A stretch of 64,000 nucleotides of DNA from Flammeovirgaceae bacterium (GTDB taxonomy: Bacteria > Bacteroidota > Bacteroidia > Cytophagales > Cyclobacteriaceae), in contig JAHEZH010000001.1 in NCBI GenBank assembly GCA_023251155.1, positions 56,694-120,693 on the forward strand, in the 5' to 3' direction. The position numbers and the translations under genes were made by a program. The notes beneath the pieces are model-generated. The model did no database searches. It was not told where the DNA came from and saw nothing but the letters and a program-made list of their open reading frames with translations. The first letter of the stretch is position 1. The number at the start of each line of letters is the position of its first letter. Shown piece after piece: positions 35,567-46,615 of this stretch.

Positions 35567-36952
35567 TTACACCATCTTCTCCGGACGAACCCACTCATCA
35601 AACTGCTGAGAAGTAAGCAAGCCAAGTTCAACCGCGGCTTCACGCAAAGTCTTGTTTTCCTTGTGTGCTTTCTTCGCAATTTTGGCCGCATTCTCATAGC
35701 CAATGTGTGTGTTCAGCGAAGTCACCAGCATCAATGAGTTTTCCATGTGTTGCTTGATGATCGGCAGGTTAGGCTCAATGCCTTCCGCACATTTATCGTT
35801 GAATGATACACAGGCATCACCAATCAAACGTGCAGACTGCAATACATTGGCCGCAATCACCGGCTTGAATACATTCAATTCAAAATGACCTGTTGCTCCT
35901 CCGAAGGAAACAGCCACATCATTCCCGATTACCTGTGCACATACCATGGTCAATGCTTCCGGCTGCGTAGGGTTTACTTTACCCGGCATAATGGATGAAC
36001 CTGGCTCATTATCAGGAATGATGATTTCACCAATACCTGAGCGCGGGCCTGAGCTTAGCATACGGATGTCGTTGCCGATCTTATTCAACGACACGGCTGC
36101 ACGTTTCAGCGCACCTGATAATTCTACCATTGCATCGTGCGCTGCCAGTGCTTCAAATTTATTAGGAGCCGTTACAAACGGATACCCTGTCAGTTCAGCA
36201 ATCTTTTTAGCGACCAATACATCATACCCTTTTGGTGTATTTAAACCAGTACCTACGGCTGTGCCTCCCAATGCCAGTTCGCTCACCGCTTCCAATGCAT
36301 TCTTAATGGCGCGGATACTATTATCAATCTGCTGTACATAACCCGAAAACTCCTGACCCAGTGTAAGTGGTGTGGCATCCATAAAGTGGGTACGGCCTGT
36401 TTTTACAATGGCTTTAAAGTCGTTGGATTTCTTAGCCAGTGTATCACGCAGTTTTTTCAAACCGGGTAGTGTGATTTCTACTGTCTGCTTGTAGGCCGCA
36501 ATGTGCATCGCCGTAGGAAACGTATCGTTGGATGACTGCGATTTATTCACATCATCATTTGGGTGAAGCACTTTCTTTTCATCGGTCAGTTTGCCCCCGC
36601 TCAATACGTGCGCACGGTAAGCCACCACTTCATTCACATTCATATTGCTTTGCGTACCCGACCCGGTTTGCCAGATCACCAGTGGAAACTGATCATCGAG
36701 TTTCTTGTCCAGGATTTCATCGCAGGCTTGCGCGATCATGTCCTTTTTCTCTGCCGATAACACCCCGAGTTCGTGGTTTGCCATAGCAGCCGCTTTTTTC
36801 AAATAGCCGAAAGCATAAATGATTTCTTTGGGCATGCTGGCTTCAGGGCCAATCTTGAAATTGTTTCGAGAGCGCTCGGTTTGTGCGCCCCAGTATTTGT
36901 CGGCCGGTACCTGTACCTCGCCCATGGTGTCTTTCTCAATGCGGAAGCTCAT
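35567..36952 (-). CDS. fumC: class II fumarate hydratase
   Basis: [25 protein letters not shown]..., the [13 protein letters not shown] signature, 461 aa from the ATG at 36952. Confidence 0.95.
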   Translation of the reverse strand: MSFRIEKDTMGEVQVPADKYWGAQTERSRNNFKIGPEASMPKEIIYAFGYLKKAAAMANHELGVLSAEKKDMIAQACDEILDKKLDDQFPLVIWQTGSGTQSNMNVNEVVAYRAHVLSGGKLTDEKKVLHPNDDVNKSQSSNDTFPTAMHIAAYKQTVEITLPGLKKLRDTLAKKSNDFKAIVKTGRTHFMDATPLTLGQEFSGYVQQIDNSIRAIKNALEAVSELALGGTAVGTGLNTPKGYDVLVAKKIAELTGYPFVTAPNKFEALAAHDAMVELSGALKRAAVSLNKIGNDIRMLSSGPRSGIGEIIIPDNEPGSSIMPGKVNPTQPEALTMVCAQVIGNDVAVSFGGATGHFELNVFKPVIAANVLQSARLIGDACVSFNDKCAEGIEPNLPIIKQHMENSLMLVTSLNTHIGYENAAKIAKKAHKENKTLREAAVELGLLTSQQFDEWVRPEKMV

Positions 36953-37062
36953 TCTCTTTAAAAATTTGAAAGCCAAAGGTAAAAAAAGAGGGGAATTATT
37001 GAGACCGCATTACCTAATCCATTTAACCAGACCGCTTAATTTTTTTAATAACTTTGTTTCAC

Positions 37063-37227
37063 ATGGCAGCCCCTGTATTAAACCATCTTTCTGCTTCTGA
37101 TTATTTGAAATTGGAGCGTTCGTCCAAGGACAAGCATGAATTGTTTCAGGGAAAAATCATGGCCATGACCGGGGGTTCTATTCAGCATAATGAAATTGTA
37201 AGCAACCTTCTTTTCAAGAATGATTAA
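37063..37227 (+). pseudogene. N-terminal remnant (54 codons) of a Uma2-family (DUF820) endonuclease gene
   Basis: MAAPVLNHLSASDYLKLERSSKDKHELFQGKIMAMTGGSIQHNEIVSNLLFKND-stop matches the first quarter of Uma2 proteins (..EYL.LE..S..KHE...G.I.AM.G.S..H..I..NL). Its stop overlaps the start of the next gene. Confidence 0.55.
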
Positions 37228-37609
37228 AATCAATCAGATACATCATATCGCTATTATCTGCTCGGATTATGAACGGTCGAAAAAATTCTATACCGAGGTG
37301 CTTGGATTCACTGTTGCCGGTGAATATTACCGGGCCGGGCGCAAGTCATATAAGCTGGATCTGAAACTGGGAGATCAATACGTAATTGAGTTGTTCTCTT
37401 TCCCTGATCCACCCCAACGTCCTTCTCGCCCCGAAGCTCGGGGATTAAGACATCTTGCTTTTCAGGTAGATGATGTGGCTGCTGCGATAAAGGAATTAAA
37501 TGTCAAAGGAGTTCAGTGCGAGCCTATTCGTGTCGATGAGTTTACGAATAAACGATTTACATTCTTTAGTGATCCGGACGATTTGCCGCTGGAGTTGTAT
37601 GAACGATAA
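37220..37609 (+). CDS. VOC-family (glyoxalase / bleomycin resistance / dioxygenase fold) protein
   Basis: 129 aa. ...INQIHHIAIICSDYERSKKFYTEVLGF... and ...GLRHLAFQVDDV.... Confidence 0.85.
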   Translation: MIKINQIHHIAIICSDYERSKKFYTEVLGFTVAGEYYRAGRKSYKLDLKLGDQYVIELFSFPDPPQRPSRPEARGLRHLAFQVDDVAAAIKELNVKGVQCEPIRVDEFTNKRFTFFSDPDDLPLELYER

Positions 37610-37638
37610 AGGCACTTCCTTTTAGAGGAAGTGCCTTT
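37608..37638. terminator. bidirectional terminator (VOC gene / gltD)
   Basis: aaaggcacttcc (37608-37619) / ggaagtgccttt (37627-37638), a perfect 12-bp stem. Confidence 0.75.
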
Positions 37639-37702
37639 CATTCTCTTTAGGATTTACCCTTAATTTGATCCACTATTTTTCCAATCACCTTAACGATCGA
37701 AC

Positions 37703-39169
37703 CTATACCAGGTTCAACATCCCTTTTTCCTTTGCTTCAAGCAATGATTCACCCATCAGGTACTCATCCACAGCACGTGCTGCTTCGCGACCTTCGCTGA
37801 TGGCCCATACTACCAGGGATTGACCTCTGCGCATATCACCGGCTGCAAACACGCCTTCAACGGATGTTTGATAGCGAGTAGCTTTCACATTGCCGCGCTC
37901 ATCGTAATCCACACCCAACTCATGAAGCATGCCCTCTTTTTGCGGATGGAGAAATCCCAGCGCCAGTAATATCAATTCGCAAGGAACAATTTTTTCGGTA
38001 CCGGGCACTTCGGCAAAAGTATGTGGCTTACCTGGCTCTGGTTTTTTCCACTCCACCTCCACTACTTTCAAGCCGGTAAGTTTGCCGGTTTCATCGCCTA
38101 TGAATTCTTTCGTGACAATGCTCCACTGTCTTTCGCAGCCTTCTTCATGCGAAGTGGAGGTGCGAAGAATCATCGGCCAGTTAGGCCACGGCATTGAGTC
38201 GTTTCTTTCTTTAGGTGGCTTGGGAAGAATTTCAATTTGAGTTACCGACTTCGCCCCATGACGATTGGATGTACCCACGCAGTCCGAACCAGTATCACCC
38301 CCGCCGATGACGATTACATTTTTGTTAACTGCCAGTATCTCTTCATTCTCTACTTTCTTGCCGCTTACTCTGCGGTTTTGCTGACCCAGAAAATCCATCG
38401 CAAAGTGAACACCCTTCAGGTTTCTGCCTGGTATGGGCAGATCGCGCGGAATCGTTGAACCTCCTGTCAATACAATCGCATCAAATTCTTCACGCAGCTG
38501 CTGAACAGAAACATTCACGCCTACGTTGGCATTGGTCTGAAACTTCACTCCTTCTGCTTTCATCAGATCCAGTCTGCGGTCGATCACGCGCTTGTCCAGT
38601 TTGAAATCAGGAATACCATAGCGCAGCAATCCACCCACTTCATCGGCACGCTCAAAAACCGTAACCCAATGACCCGCATAGTTCAACTGTGCTGCCGTAG
38701 CAAGACCTGAAGGTCCTGACCCGATTACCGCTATTTTTTTATCCGTACGCGATGTGGGAAGTTTGGGTTTGGCGTATCCTTCGGCAAACGCTTTCTCGAT
38801 AATTGATTTCTCGATGTATTCAATCGCTACGGGAGATTTGTTAATTCCTAACACACATGACGCTTCGCATGGTGCAGGACAGATACGACCCGTGAACTCC
38901 GGAAAATTATTTGTAGAACTTAGTATCTCATACGCCTGCTTCCAGTTGCCCTGATACACGGCATCATTAAACTCGGGAATGATATTTCCCAGCGGGCAAC
39001 CGTTATGACAAAACGGAATACCACAATCCATGCAGCGTGATGCCTGCTTGTGGGTGATCTTCTCCTCCACGGCACCATCCACTTCATAATAATCGTGAAG
39101 GCGTTTTTGTACTTCACGTTTTGCAGGTATCTCGCGGGCCTGTTCTAAAAATCCTGTTGGCTTTCCCAT
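37703..39169 (-). CDS. gltD: glutamate synthase (NADPH) small subunit
   Basis: 488 aa. N-terminal Fe-S Cys clusters (CMDCGIPFCHNGCP...CPAPCE), IAVIGSGPSGLA and VIGGGDTGSDC nucleotide-binding motifs. Confidence 0.95.
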   Translation of the reverse strand: MGKPTGFLEQAREIPAKREVQKRLHDYYEVDGAVEEKITHKQASRCMDCGIPFCHNGCPLGNIIPEFNDAVYQGNWKQAYEILSSTNNFPEFTGRICPAPCEASCVLGINKSPVAIEYIEKSIIEKAFAEGYAKPKLPTSRTDKKIAVIGSGPSGLATAAQLNYAGHWVTVFERADEVGGLLRYGIPDFKLDKRVIDRRLDLMKAEGVKFQTNANVGVNVSVQQLREEFDAIVLTGGSTIPRDLPIPGRNLKGVHFAMDFLGQQNRRVSGKKVENEEILAVNKNVIVIGGGDTGSDCVGTSNRHGAKSVTQIEILPKPPKERNDSMPWPNWPMILRTSTSHEEGCERQWSIVTKEFIGDETGKLTGLKVVEVEWKKPEPGKPHTFAEVPGTEKIVPCELILLALGFLHPQKEGMLHELGVDYDERGNVKATRYQTSVEGVFAAGDMRRGQSLVVWAISEGREAARAVDEYLMGESLLEAKEKGMLNLV

Positions 39170-39205
39170 TTTAATAATTGCGAATAAAAATTTCGAGTTA
39201 CAAAA

Positions 39206-42200
39206 TTAGTTATGAGCTACTTTCGGTTGTTTGTTCTTTTCCAATACCGCCTTGTAATCCACCGGCATTACTTTAATAAACTGCTTGAAAGCGGTAGGCC
39301 AGTAGCTCAACACATGGGCCGCCACATCACTTTGAGTGTATTCCTGATGCTGAGCGATTAACTTCTTCAACATGCGCTGTTCATCTTCATCAATTGTATC
39401 GAGCAGCACCATTTCCATGTTGCAGTTCTTCACGAAAGTGTTATTCACATCCCATACGTAAGCTACACCTCCGCTCATACCTGCAGCGAAGTTTCTTCCT
39501 GTTTCACCCAATATCACTACACGGCCACCGGTCATGTATTCACAACCGTGATCACCTACACCTTCTACCACTACCTGTACACCCGAGTTACGCACCGCAA
39601 AACGCTCACCTGCCATACCGCGGATATACGCTTCACCGGAAGTACCTCCGAAGAAAGCGGTATTTCCGACAATGATATTTTTCGATGGATTATAAGTAGA
39701 TGTTTTATGCGGATAGAGAATAAGCTTGCCTCCTGATAGTCCCTTGCCAAAATAATCATTGGCATCTCCTTCCAGCTCAAAGGTCATTCCTTTGGATGTG
39801 AATGCACCAAAGCTCTGCCCTGCTGTTCCTTTAAATTTGAAGTGAATCGTATCTGCGGGCAGACCGGCATCACGATACTTCTTCGATACCTCGTTTGACA
39901 GCATCGTGCCGGTGGAACGATCCACATTTCGGATGAGGAATTCTCCCTGAACAGGTGTTGATTTCTCCAGTGCTTCTTTAGCGTGGATCAATAAAGTACG
40001 ATCCAATACATCTTCAATACCGTGATCCTGTTCCTCCTGTTTGTACAACGGAGTCTCCAGGTTCATCGCTTCTTTGAACAAGATCGGAGACAGGTTAAGG
40101 TGCTGATACTTCCAGTGATCTTCGCTGATGTCGCGCAGCTCAAGACGATCTACCTGGCCAACCATTTCATTGATTGTACGGTACCCTAACTCAGCCATGA
40201 TCTCACGAAGTTCTTCCGCTAGGAAAGTGAACAGGTTCACTACGTATTCAGGTTTACCTGTAAAGAGAGCGCGCAGTTCTTTATTCTGAGTAGCAACCCC
40301 AACAGGACACGTATTCAAATGACACTTCCGCATCATGATACAGCCGGTTGTTACCAATGCGGCAGTAGCTACCCCAAACTCTTCTGCACCAAGCAATGCA
40401 GCTATTGCCAAATCACGGCCCGTGCGGATCTGTCCGTCGGTTTGTACTACTACACGGCCACGAAGTTTATTTCTTACCAATGTCTGATGCGTTTCAGCAA
40501 GACCTAATTCCCACGGCAAACCTGCATGACGAATAGAGCTCAATGGCGATGCCCCTGTACCACCATCATGACCGGAAATCAAAATCACATCTGCGTGTGC
40601 TTTCGCTACGCCCGATGCAATTGTGCCTACGCCCGCTTCGGACACCAGCTTGACGCTGATACGTGCTTCACGATTGGCATTCTTCAAATCAAATATGAGC
40701 TGTGCCAGGTCTTCAATAGAATAAATATCATGGTGGGGAGGCGGTGATATCAAACCAACACCTGGTGTGGAATGCCGCACGCGACCAATCCATTCATCTA
40801 CCTTATGGCCAGGTAGCTGTCCTCCTTCGCCTGGCTTGGCACCCTGCGCCATTTTAATCTGCAGTTCACCTGCATTCGATAAGTAATAGCTTGTTACACC
40901 AAAACGACCAGAGGCAACTTGCTTGATCGCGGAGTTTTCCCAATCTCCGTTTTCCTTGCGGAAGAAGCGTGCTTCATCTTCGCCACCTTCACCGGAGTTA
41001 CTCTTTCCACCAATGCGGTTCATTGCCACAGCTAGTGTACTATGCGCTTCATACGATATTGACCCGAACGACATGGCACCGGTAGCAAACCGTTTGAAGA
41101 TGCTTTCTTTCGATTCTACTTCGCTCAGCGGAATTGATTTTCCTTTTTTGAATTTCAACAGACTGCGAAGCGTGATGGCTTTCTCACTCTGATCATTGAT
41201 GAGTTTCGTATACTTTTTGAACAGCTCATAGTCATTCATCTTGGTCGAATGCTGCAACAGATGAATCGTTTGTGGATTGAATAAATGCGCTTCACCACGC
41301 TGTTTCCATTGATAAATACCACCCACTGCGAGATGCGAGGCTACATTAGGCATTTTAGGATAAGCGAGGTGGTGCTTAGCCAATGCTTCTTTAGCAATGT
41401 CATCCAGTGTCAATCCGCCAATGCGGGATACGGTACCGGTAAAGTATTGATCAACTACTTCTTTGCTGATACCAAGTGCTTCAAAAATCTGTGCCCCGTG
41501 GTACGATTGCAGTGTGCTGATACCCATCTTACTCATGGTCTTCAGCAATTCACCGCACACGGCTTTCTTATAATTATAAATCGCCTTCTCTTCGGTCAGT
41601 TCTTCACTCAGAAGATTGTTCTTCTTCATGTCATGAATTGTCTGATACATCAAATAGGGATTGACACCGGAAGCACCAAAACCTACCAACGTGGCATAAT
41701 GATGTGTTTCCCATACATCCCCTGCTTCTACCAGCAGACCTACTTTACCACGAAGTCCTTTACGGATCAGATCATGATGTACGGCCGCTACAGCAAGCAG
41801 TGAAGGAATCTGTGCGTGACCGCTGTCAAAACTCCGGTCTGACAAGATGATAATGGTGAATCCATCTTCAATCGCATCAGTCACATATTGACAAACACGA
41901 TTCAATCCCTTCTCCAACGAACCCGGCTTGCCATCTGCTTTGAAATAAGTGTAGATGGTTTTGGTTTGTAAGTGACGGTGATCGATGTACCGGATCTTTT
42001 CCATTTCGTTGTTGGAGAGGATCGGAACCGGAAGCTCGAGCATAATACAGTGCTCGGGAGATTCTTCTAACAAATTAAGCGAACCCCCTACGTGCGATGC
42101 CAGTGACATCACCATGCGCTCACGAATCGGATCGATAGGCGGGTTAGTTACCTGGGCAAAGAGTTGCTTGAAGTAGCTGGACAAGTGCTGTGCTTGTTTT

Positions 42201-43723
42201 GAAAGCACCGCCAATGGAATATCCATACCCATGGAGCCCAATGCTTCTTTTCCCGTTTCGCACATCTGGCTGATGATGATCCGCACATCTTCAGTTGTAT
42301 AGCCAAATGATATCTGGCGTTTGAGGAACGTAACCGGATCATACTTATGGAAACTACCGCCTGGTTCTGGCAGGTCGTGCAGGCGCACTTTATTTTCTCT
42401 CAGCCATTTGCCGTAAGGCTGGCGCGTACAAATCTCTTTCTTCAGTTCATCGTCGCTGATAATGCGGCCTTGTTCCAGGTCCACCACAAACATTTTGCCC
42501 GGTTGCAAACGTCCTTTGCTGATCACCTTGGCGGGATCAACATCCAGCACGCCTACTTCGGAAGCCATGATGACCATATCATCGTCCGTCACGACAAAGC
42601 GCGAAGGGCGAAGGCCATTGCGATCAAGTGTAGCTCCTACAATCTTTCCATCGGTGAACGTGATAGAAGCCGGCCCATCCCATGGCTCCATCAGGTTAGC
42701 GTGGTATTCATAGAAGTCTTTCTTCTCCTGGCTCATGTGCTCGTTGCCATCCCATGCTTCAGGTATCAACATCATCATCACATGAGGAAGTGAACGGCCT
42801 GCATGCACAAGCAACTCAATTGTATTGTCAAGATTCGATGAATCGGATTGTACCGGATTACAAATTGGCAGGAGCATGTCCATTTCTTCGCGCGAGAATT
42901 TCGGTGAAGAGAAGAACACTTCTTTTGACTTGAGCCAGTTGATATTGCCCTGTACGGTGTTGATCTCACCATTGTGCGCAATGTAGCGGAACGGTTGAGC
43001 CAGCCTCCAGGAAGGGAACGTATTCGTAGAGAAACGCGAATGAACTACTGCCAATGCAGATACCACTTCTTCGTTTTCCAGATCGGCAAAGTAATAAGGG
43101 CGCAGCTGATGGGAAGTCAACATCCCTTTGTAAATGATTGTCTTATATGAAAGCGAAGAGAAATAAAAATCACTTGCTCCCTTTACGGATTCAGAGACAA
43201 TCTTAGTTGCGTACTTACGCAACACAAACAGTCTGCGTTCGAAATCATCCAGGCTGATGAACGATTCCGGTTTCTTGATGAACACCTGCTCCATCACTGG
43301 CTCTGCCTGCAATGCCGTATTACCCAGATCCTGATTGCTGGTGGGCATTACACGATAACCCAGCAAGGTCATCTTCATCTTTTTGATCTGACGATTAAGA
43401 ACAGTGCGGCATTCTTCACGCACTTTCGGATCGCGCGGAAAGAAAACTAACCCCACGCCATAATCTCCATAAGCGGGCAACTTGATGTTGAGCTTACTGC
43501 ACTCTGAAAAGAAAAACTCATGTGGCACTTGTATCAAAATACCCGCGCCATCACCCGTGTTGGGTTCACATCCACAAGCACCACGATGGCTCATGCGTTC
43601 AAGCATCGTCAATGCATCTGAAATAACCTGATGAGATTTGCTGCCTTTGATGTTGGCAATGAATCCTACTCCACAAGAGTCGTGCTCAAAGGAAGGGTGA
43701 TATAATCCGTGTGTTGCTTCCAA
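39206..43723 (-). CDS. gltB: glutamate synthase large subunit
   Basis: 1505 aa. N-terminal Ntn amidotransferase Cys (HDSCGVGFIA), an FMN/3Fe-4S central domain (CHLNTCPVGVATQ) and a C-terminal GXGXG domain. Confidence 0.97.
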   Translation of the reverse strand: MEATHGLYHPSFEHDSCGVGFIANIKGSKSHQVISDALTMLERMSHRGACGCEPNTGDGAGILIQVPHEFFFSECSKLNIKLPAYGDYGVGLVFFPRDPKVREECRTVLNRQIKKMKMTLLGYRVMPTSNQDLGNTALQAEPVMEQVFIKKPESFISLDDFERRLFVLRKYATKIVSESVKGASDFYFSSLSYKTIIYKGMLTSHQLRPYYFADLENEEVVSALAVVHSRFSTNTFPSWRLAQPFRYIAHNGEINTVQGNINWLKSKEVFFSSPKFSREEMDMLLPICNPVQSDSSNLDNTIELLVHAGRSLPHVMMMLIPEAWDGNEHMSQEKKDFYEYHANLMEPWDGPASITFTDGKIVGATLDRNGLRPSRFVVTDDDMVIMASEVGVLDVDPAKVISKGRLQPGKMFVVDLEQGRIISDDELKKEICTRQPYGKWLRENKVRLHDLPEPGGSFHKYDPVTFLKRQISFGYTTEDVRIIISQMCETGKEALGSMGMDIPLAVLSKQAQHLSSYFKQLFAQVTNPPIDPIRERMVMSLASHVGGSLNLLEESPEHCIMLELPVPILSNNEMEKIRYIDHRHLQTKTIYTYFKADGKPGSLEKGLNRVCQYVTDAIEDGFTIIILSDRSFDSGHAQIPSLLAVAAVHHDLIRKGLRGKVGLLVEAGDVWETHHYATLVGFGASGVNPYLMYQTIHDMKKNNLLSEELTEEKAIYNYKKAVCGELLKTMSKMGISTLQSYHGAQIFEALGISKEVVDQYFTGTVSRIGGLTLDDIAKEALAKHHLAYPKMPNVASHLAVGGIYQWKQRGEAHLFNPQTIHLLQHSTKMNDYELFKKYTKLINDQSEKAITLRSLLKFKKGKSIPLSEVESKESIFKRFATGAMSFGSISYEAHSTLAVAMNRIGGKSNSGEGGEDEARFFRKENGDWENSAIKQVASGRFGVTSYYLSNAGELQIKMAQGAKPGEGGQLPGHKVDEWIGRVRHSTPGVGLISPPPHHDIYSIEDLAQLIFDLKNANREARISVKLVSEAGVGTIASGVAKAHADVILISGHDGGTGASPLSSIRHAGLPWELGLAETHQTLVRNKLRGRVVVQTDGQIRTGRDLAIAALLGAEEFGVATAALVTTGCIMMRKCHLNTCPVGVATQNKELRALFTGKPEYVVNLFTFLAEELREIMAELGYRTINEMVGQVDRLELRDISEDHWKYQHLNLSPILFKEAMNLETPLYKQEEQDHGIEDVLDRTLLIHAKEALEKSTPVQGEFLIRNVDRSTGTMLSNEVSKKYRDAGLPADTIHFKFKGTAGQSFGAFTSKGMTFELEGDANDYFGKGLSGGKLILYPHKTSTYNPSKNIIVGNTAFFGGTSGEAYIRGMAGERFAVRNSGVQVVVEGVGDHGCEYMTGGRVVILGETGRNFAAGMSGGVAYVWDVNNTFVKNCNMEMVLLDTIDEDEQRMLKKLIAQHQEYTQSDVAAHVLSYWPTAFKQFIKVMPVDYKAVLEKNKQPKVAHN

Positions 43724-44082
43724 TTTTTATTTTCGTAAAAAGTGAACTTTAAATTTAATCTTAATGGAAGCTTAATGCGAAAAATGTCAAAAAATATTTT
43801 ATATCACTTACTAACAATAAGTAGCGAAAACGTTTGCTAAACCCCTTTCGGCAGATTTTTATTTGGAAAGAAAATAAATAGGCAGAATTTTATGAAAAAT
43901 GGCTGCCTGTTGAAAACCGCCATTTAACCCGTAGCCGGCATGCCGCAGCTATATTGATTATAAGCGGTGTTAATGAATACCCTGAACACGCACAAAATGA
44001 TGAACGCTATAATAATTAATGCGCCATCACGTATTCATGAGCTAACCGATTTTTATGTACGGACTATAAGCTGGCAACTCCT

Positions 44083-44640
44083 TTATTTGTCCGAATCATC
44101 ATCACCTGCCTTCTCCAGTTCCTGATCGAGAATCTTTTGAATGATTTCTTGCTGGCGTTCGTCTATCTTCTGGTTGGTTTTGGCTTGCTTTTTCATGAAG
44201 CGGAACATGGCGTTCTTCTTTATTTCGTAAGCAACAAATACCGTATAGACTTTGGTCTTCTCATTAAAATATTTCTCCTGACCAATCTTTCTCATATCCG
44301 CCAGATCGGTGTTCATCACTTCACGCACCAGGCTTTGAAATTTGTCGGCTACATCCGCTGCGCGTTCATTTTCGGTTTGACCCAGGTACTGGTCGGTGAC
44401 CTGCTTCATGGTGGTGTTCATCTGACTGGCCAGCTGGCTCTTGGCTTCACTGTTTGCCTTGCCCAGCGCAATGTTGTCTTGTGAACTTTCTCCTTTACCT
44501 GTAGAGCGAAAGAAGCGGTTGTTCGATTCATAGGCATTTCCACGAAAAGGTTCTTTTACTTTTTTTCCGAAAGGGCCGGAACTACACGCTGTGGCGATCA
44601 GAACAACAACAATTGATAAAGCAGAGGAAGCAGATTTCAT
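44083..44640 (-). CDS. lipoprotein of unknown function (LPP20-like?)
   Basis: ATG at 44640 gives MKSASSALSIVVVLIATACSSG (lipobox). The 44745 start in the ORF track would overlap the methyltransferase gene. Confidence 0.6.
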   Translation of the reverse strand: MKSASSALSIVVVLIATACSSGPFGKKVKEPFRGNAYESNNRFFRSTGKGESSQDNIALGKANSEAKSQLASQMNTTMKQVTDQYLGQTENERAADVADKFQSLVREVMNTDLADMRKIGQEKYFNEKTKVYTVFVAYEIKKNAMFRFMKKQAKTNQKIDERQQEIIQKILDQELEKAGDDDSDK

Positions 44641-44696
44641 AGCGAAAATATTTACGGAACGAAAGTACGAAAAATTGTGCCAGAACACCCGGCTTA

Positions 44697-45410
44697 TCAA
44701 GGCGTGGTATTGATAATCAATTCCCAGCGGAATGCCCATCTCCACCGCAAAGTATAGTTTTCTATTCCGGCTTGCTTAAGTATGCCCGTTAATTCCTGTT
44801 TTTTAAATCCGCGTAATACCGATAAGGGGGCATCTGTCTTAACCATAGCCGACTTAGAAAATAGCTGCGTCAGCCATTTGATGGAATAGTAAGCTAACCA
44901 ATGCCGGTGAAGATCATTGATGACGATACCCGTGTGTGTGTGTGTTTTAAGTTGCCGAAGAAGATGAATCAACTCTTCGCTGGTAAAATGATGAGTAAAA
45001 AGTGTAGCCAGCACAATGTCATGGCTTTGTTGGGTAAACTCGCTGGAGAAAATATTGACTGCTGTATAATTTATTTCCGGATAATCTCCTGAATATTTCA
45101 CTGCATAATCAATAATGTTTGAATTGGCATCGATGCCTGTAAGTTGTAATGGTATTTTATTCTTTCTTCCCCAGGCAGCTACCAGCTTTAGAATATCCCC
45201 ACCGCCGCAGCCTAAGTCTGCTATTGTAATCGGGTACGTTGTTTTTCTGTTTTTAAGAAGTTGGCGAACACCATTAATGGTCACGTGATTTCCGCCCAGC
45301 AGGCGGTTAATGATTTCCAGTTCACGCAGGGTTTGATTCACTACTTCACCGCTGCATTGCAGATCATCCATGATCTCGATGGCAGTGGAGCGGGAGGTGA
45401 ATAATGACAT
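44697..45410 (-). CDS. class I SAM-dependent methyltransferase
   Basis: SAM-binding motif I, ITIADLGCGGGD. Lies 25 nt downstream of the type III PKS gene on the same strand. Confidence 0.85.
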   Translation of the reverse strand: MSLFTSRSTAIEIMDDLQCSGEVVNQTLRELEIINRLLGGNHVTINGVRQLLKNRKTTYPITIADLGCGGGDILKLVAAWGRKNKIPLQLTGIDANSNIIDYAVKYSGDYPEINYTAVNIFSSEFTQQSHDIVLATLFTHHFTSEELIHLLRQLKTHTHTGIVINDLHRHWLAYYSIKWLTQLFSKSAMVKTDAPLSVLRGFKKQELTGILKQAGIENYTLRWRWAFRWELIINTTP

Positions 45411-45435
45411 GATGGTATAATTTATGCGCTCTTCG

Positions 45436-46539
45436 TTAATGAACTTCTGTTTTCAACAACATACTTTCCATGGTAAGGCCCGGACCAAAAGCAAAGCTCA
45501 CAATTTCTTTATTCTGATCATCGGGCGTCAGCTCATTATAGATATCGTTCAAAACAAACAGCACGGTAGGTGATGACATATTGCCGTATCTCCTCAGCAC
45601 CTCATAGGCAAACTTGTTTTGTTCTTTAGTGATTCTCAATTCTTCTTCGATCACTTCCAGAATCCGTTTGCCACCCGGATGAATGGCAAAGTAACTTACG
45701 TCTTCCTGCCTGCGGTTGATTTGTTGTAAAAGTGTATGCGTCAATTTCTTGATCCCTTCACGGATAATATCAGGAATGTAGGACGACAAGCGCATTTCAA
45801 ATCCATTATCTCCGATACTCCAGGCCATGTCTTTATCACCATTAAGAGCGAGGTCGCAATGAAAATGCAGTGGCTTAAGGTTGATTCCCTTACGCGGTAT
45901 CGATTCTACCAGCACGGCTGCGGCACCATCGGCAAAAAGTGAATTGGCAAGCCAGTTGTCTTCGGTGTTTTCTTTTTGAAAATGGATGCTGCACAGTTCC
46001 GCACACACTACCAGCACGCTTGCATGCTCATCACTTGCGCAAACCGAATGCGCCAGCTTCATGGCATTGAAGGCGGCATAACATCCCATAAAGTTGATAC
46101 ATGTGCGCTGTACGGATGACTTCAGTTTTAATTTTCTTACCAGGTCAATATCCAAACCCGGAGCATACATCCCTGTACAACTTACCACAACCAGGTGAGT
46201 AACATCTTCTACATTGAAACCGGTGATCTTAGACAAGCAATTTCTTGCTGCCCGTTCGCTTACCTCTATCGCATGCTCCTGAAATAACTTCATCCTTTGC
46301 CGTGTGGATGGAAAAGGCTCACCCTCATCAGCGTTGGGGAAAAAAGTAAAGTCACCCTTCTTTCCATAGTCTTCCACTACCGAATACCTTGAATCGATAC
46401 CTGTTGCGCGGTAAAGCGCTTTCAGCTTGCGTGCTTCCTCTTCGGTAAGTTGCATGGCATGGATCATAAAAGTGGCAATCTCACCCTGGCTAAATCTATG
46501 ATTGGGTGTGGCTGTGCCAATGGAGGTGATGTAGCTCAT
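45436..46539 (-). CDS. type III polyketide synthase (chalcone/stilbene synthase superfamily)
   Basis: 367 aa. Catalytic Cys in VVSCTGMYAPGLD, His in FAIHPGGKRIL, Asn in YGNMSSPTVLF, and the C-terminal FGPGLT motif. Confidence 0.92.
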   Translation of the reverse strand: MSYITSIGTATPNHRFSQGEIATFMIHAMQLTEEEARKLKALYRATGIDSRYSVVEDYGKKGDFTFFPNADEGEPFPSTRQRMKLFQEHAIEVSERAARNCLSKITGFNVEDVTHLVVVSCTGMYAPGLDIDLVRKLKLKSSVQRTCINFMGCYAAFNAMKLAHSVCASDEHASVLVVCAELCSIHFQKENTEDNWLANSLFADGAAAVLVESIPRKGINLKPLHFHCDLALNGDKDMAWSIGDNGFEMRLSSYIPDIIREGIKKLTHTLLQQINRRQEDVSYFAIHPGGKRILEVIEEELRITKEQNKFAYEVLRRYGNMSSPTVLFVLNDIYNELTPDDQNKEIVSFAFGPGLTMESMLLKTEVH

Positions 46540-46615
46540 TATTCAAGATTAACAGAAAAACATCTAATTTACTTGCCAGCAATCGGCAATATCTTTAAAC
46601 CAAAAAACCGGCCTC

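Noticed and set aside
40319-42793. Multiple 60-170-aa ORFs on the plus strand inside gltB (e.g. 41285-41803, 42347-42793)
   Set aside because: All are contained in the 1505-aa gltB reading frame on the minus strand, and none shows a recognisable domain.
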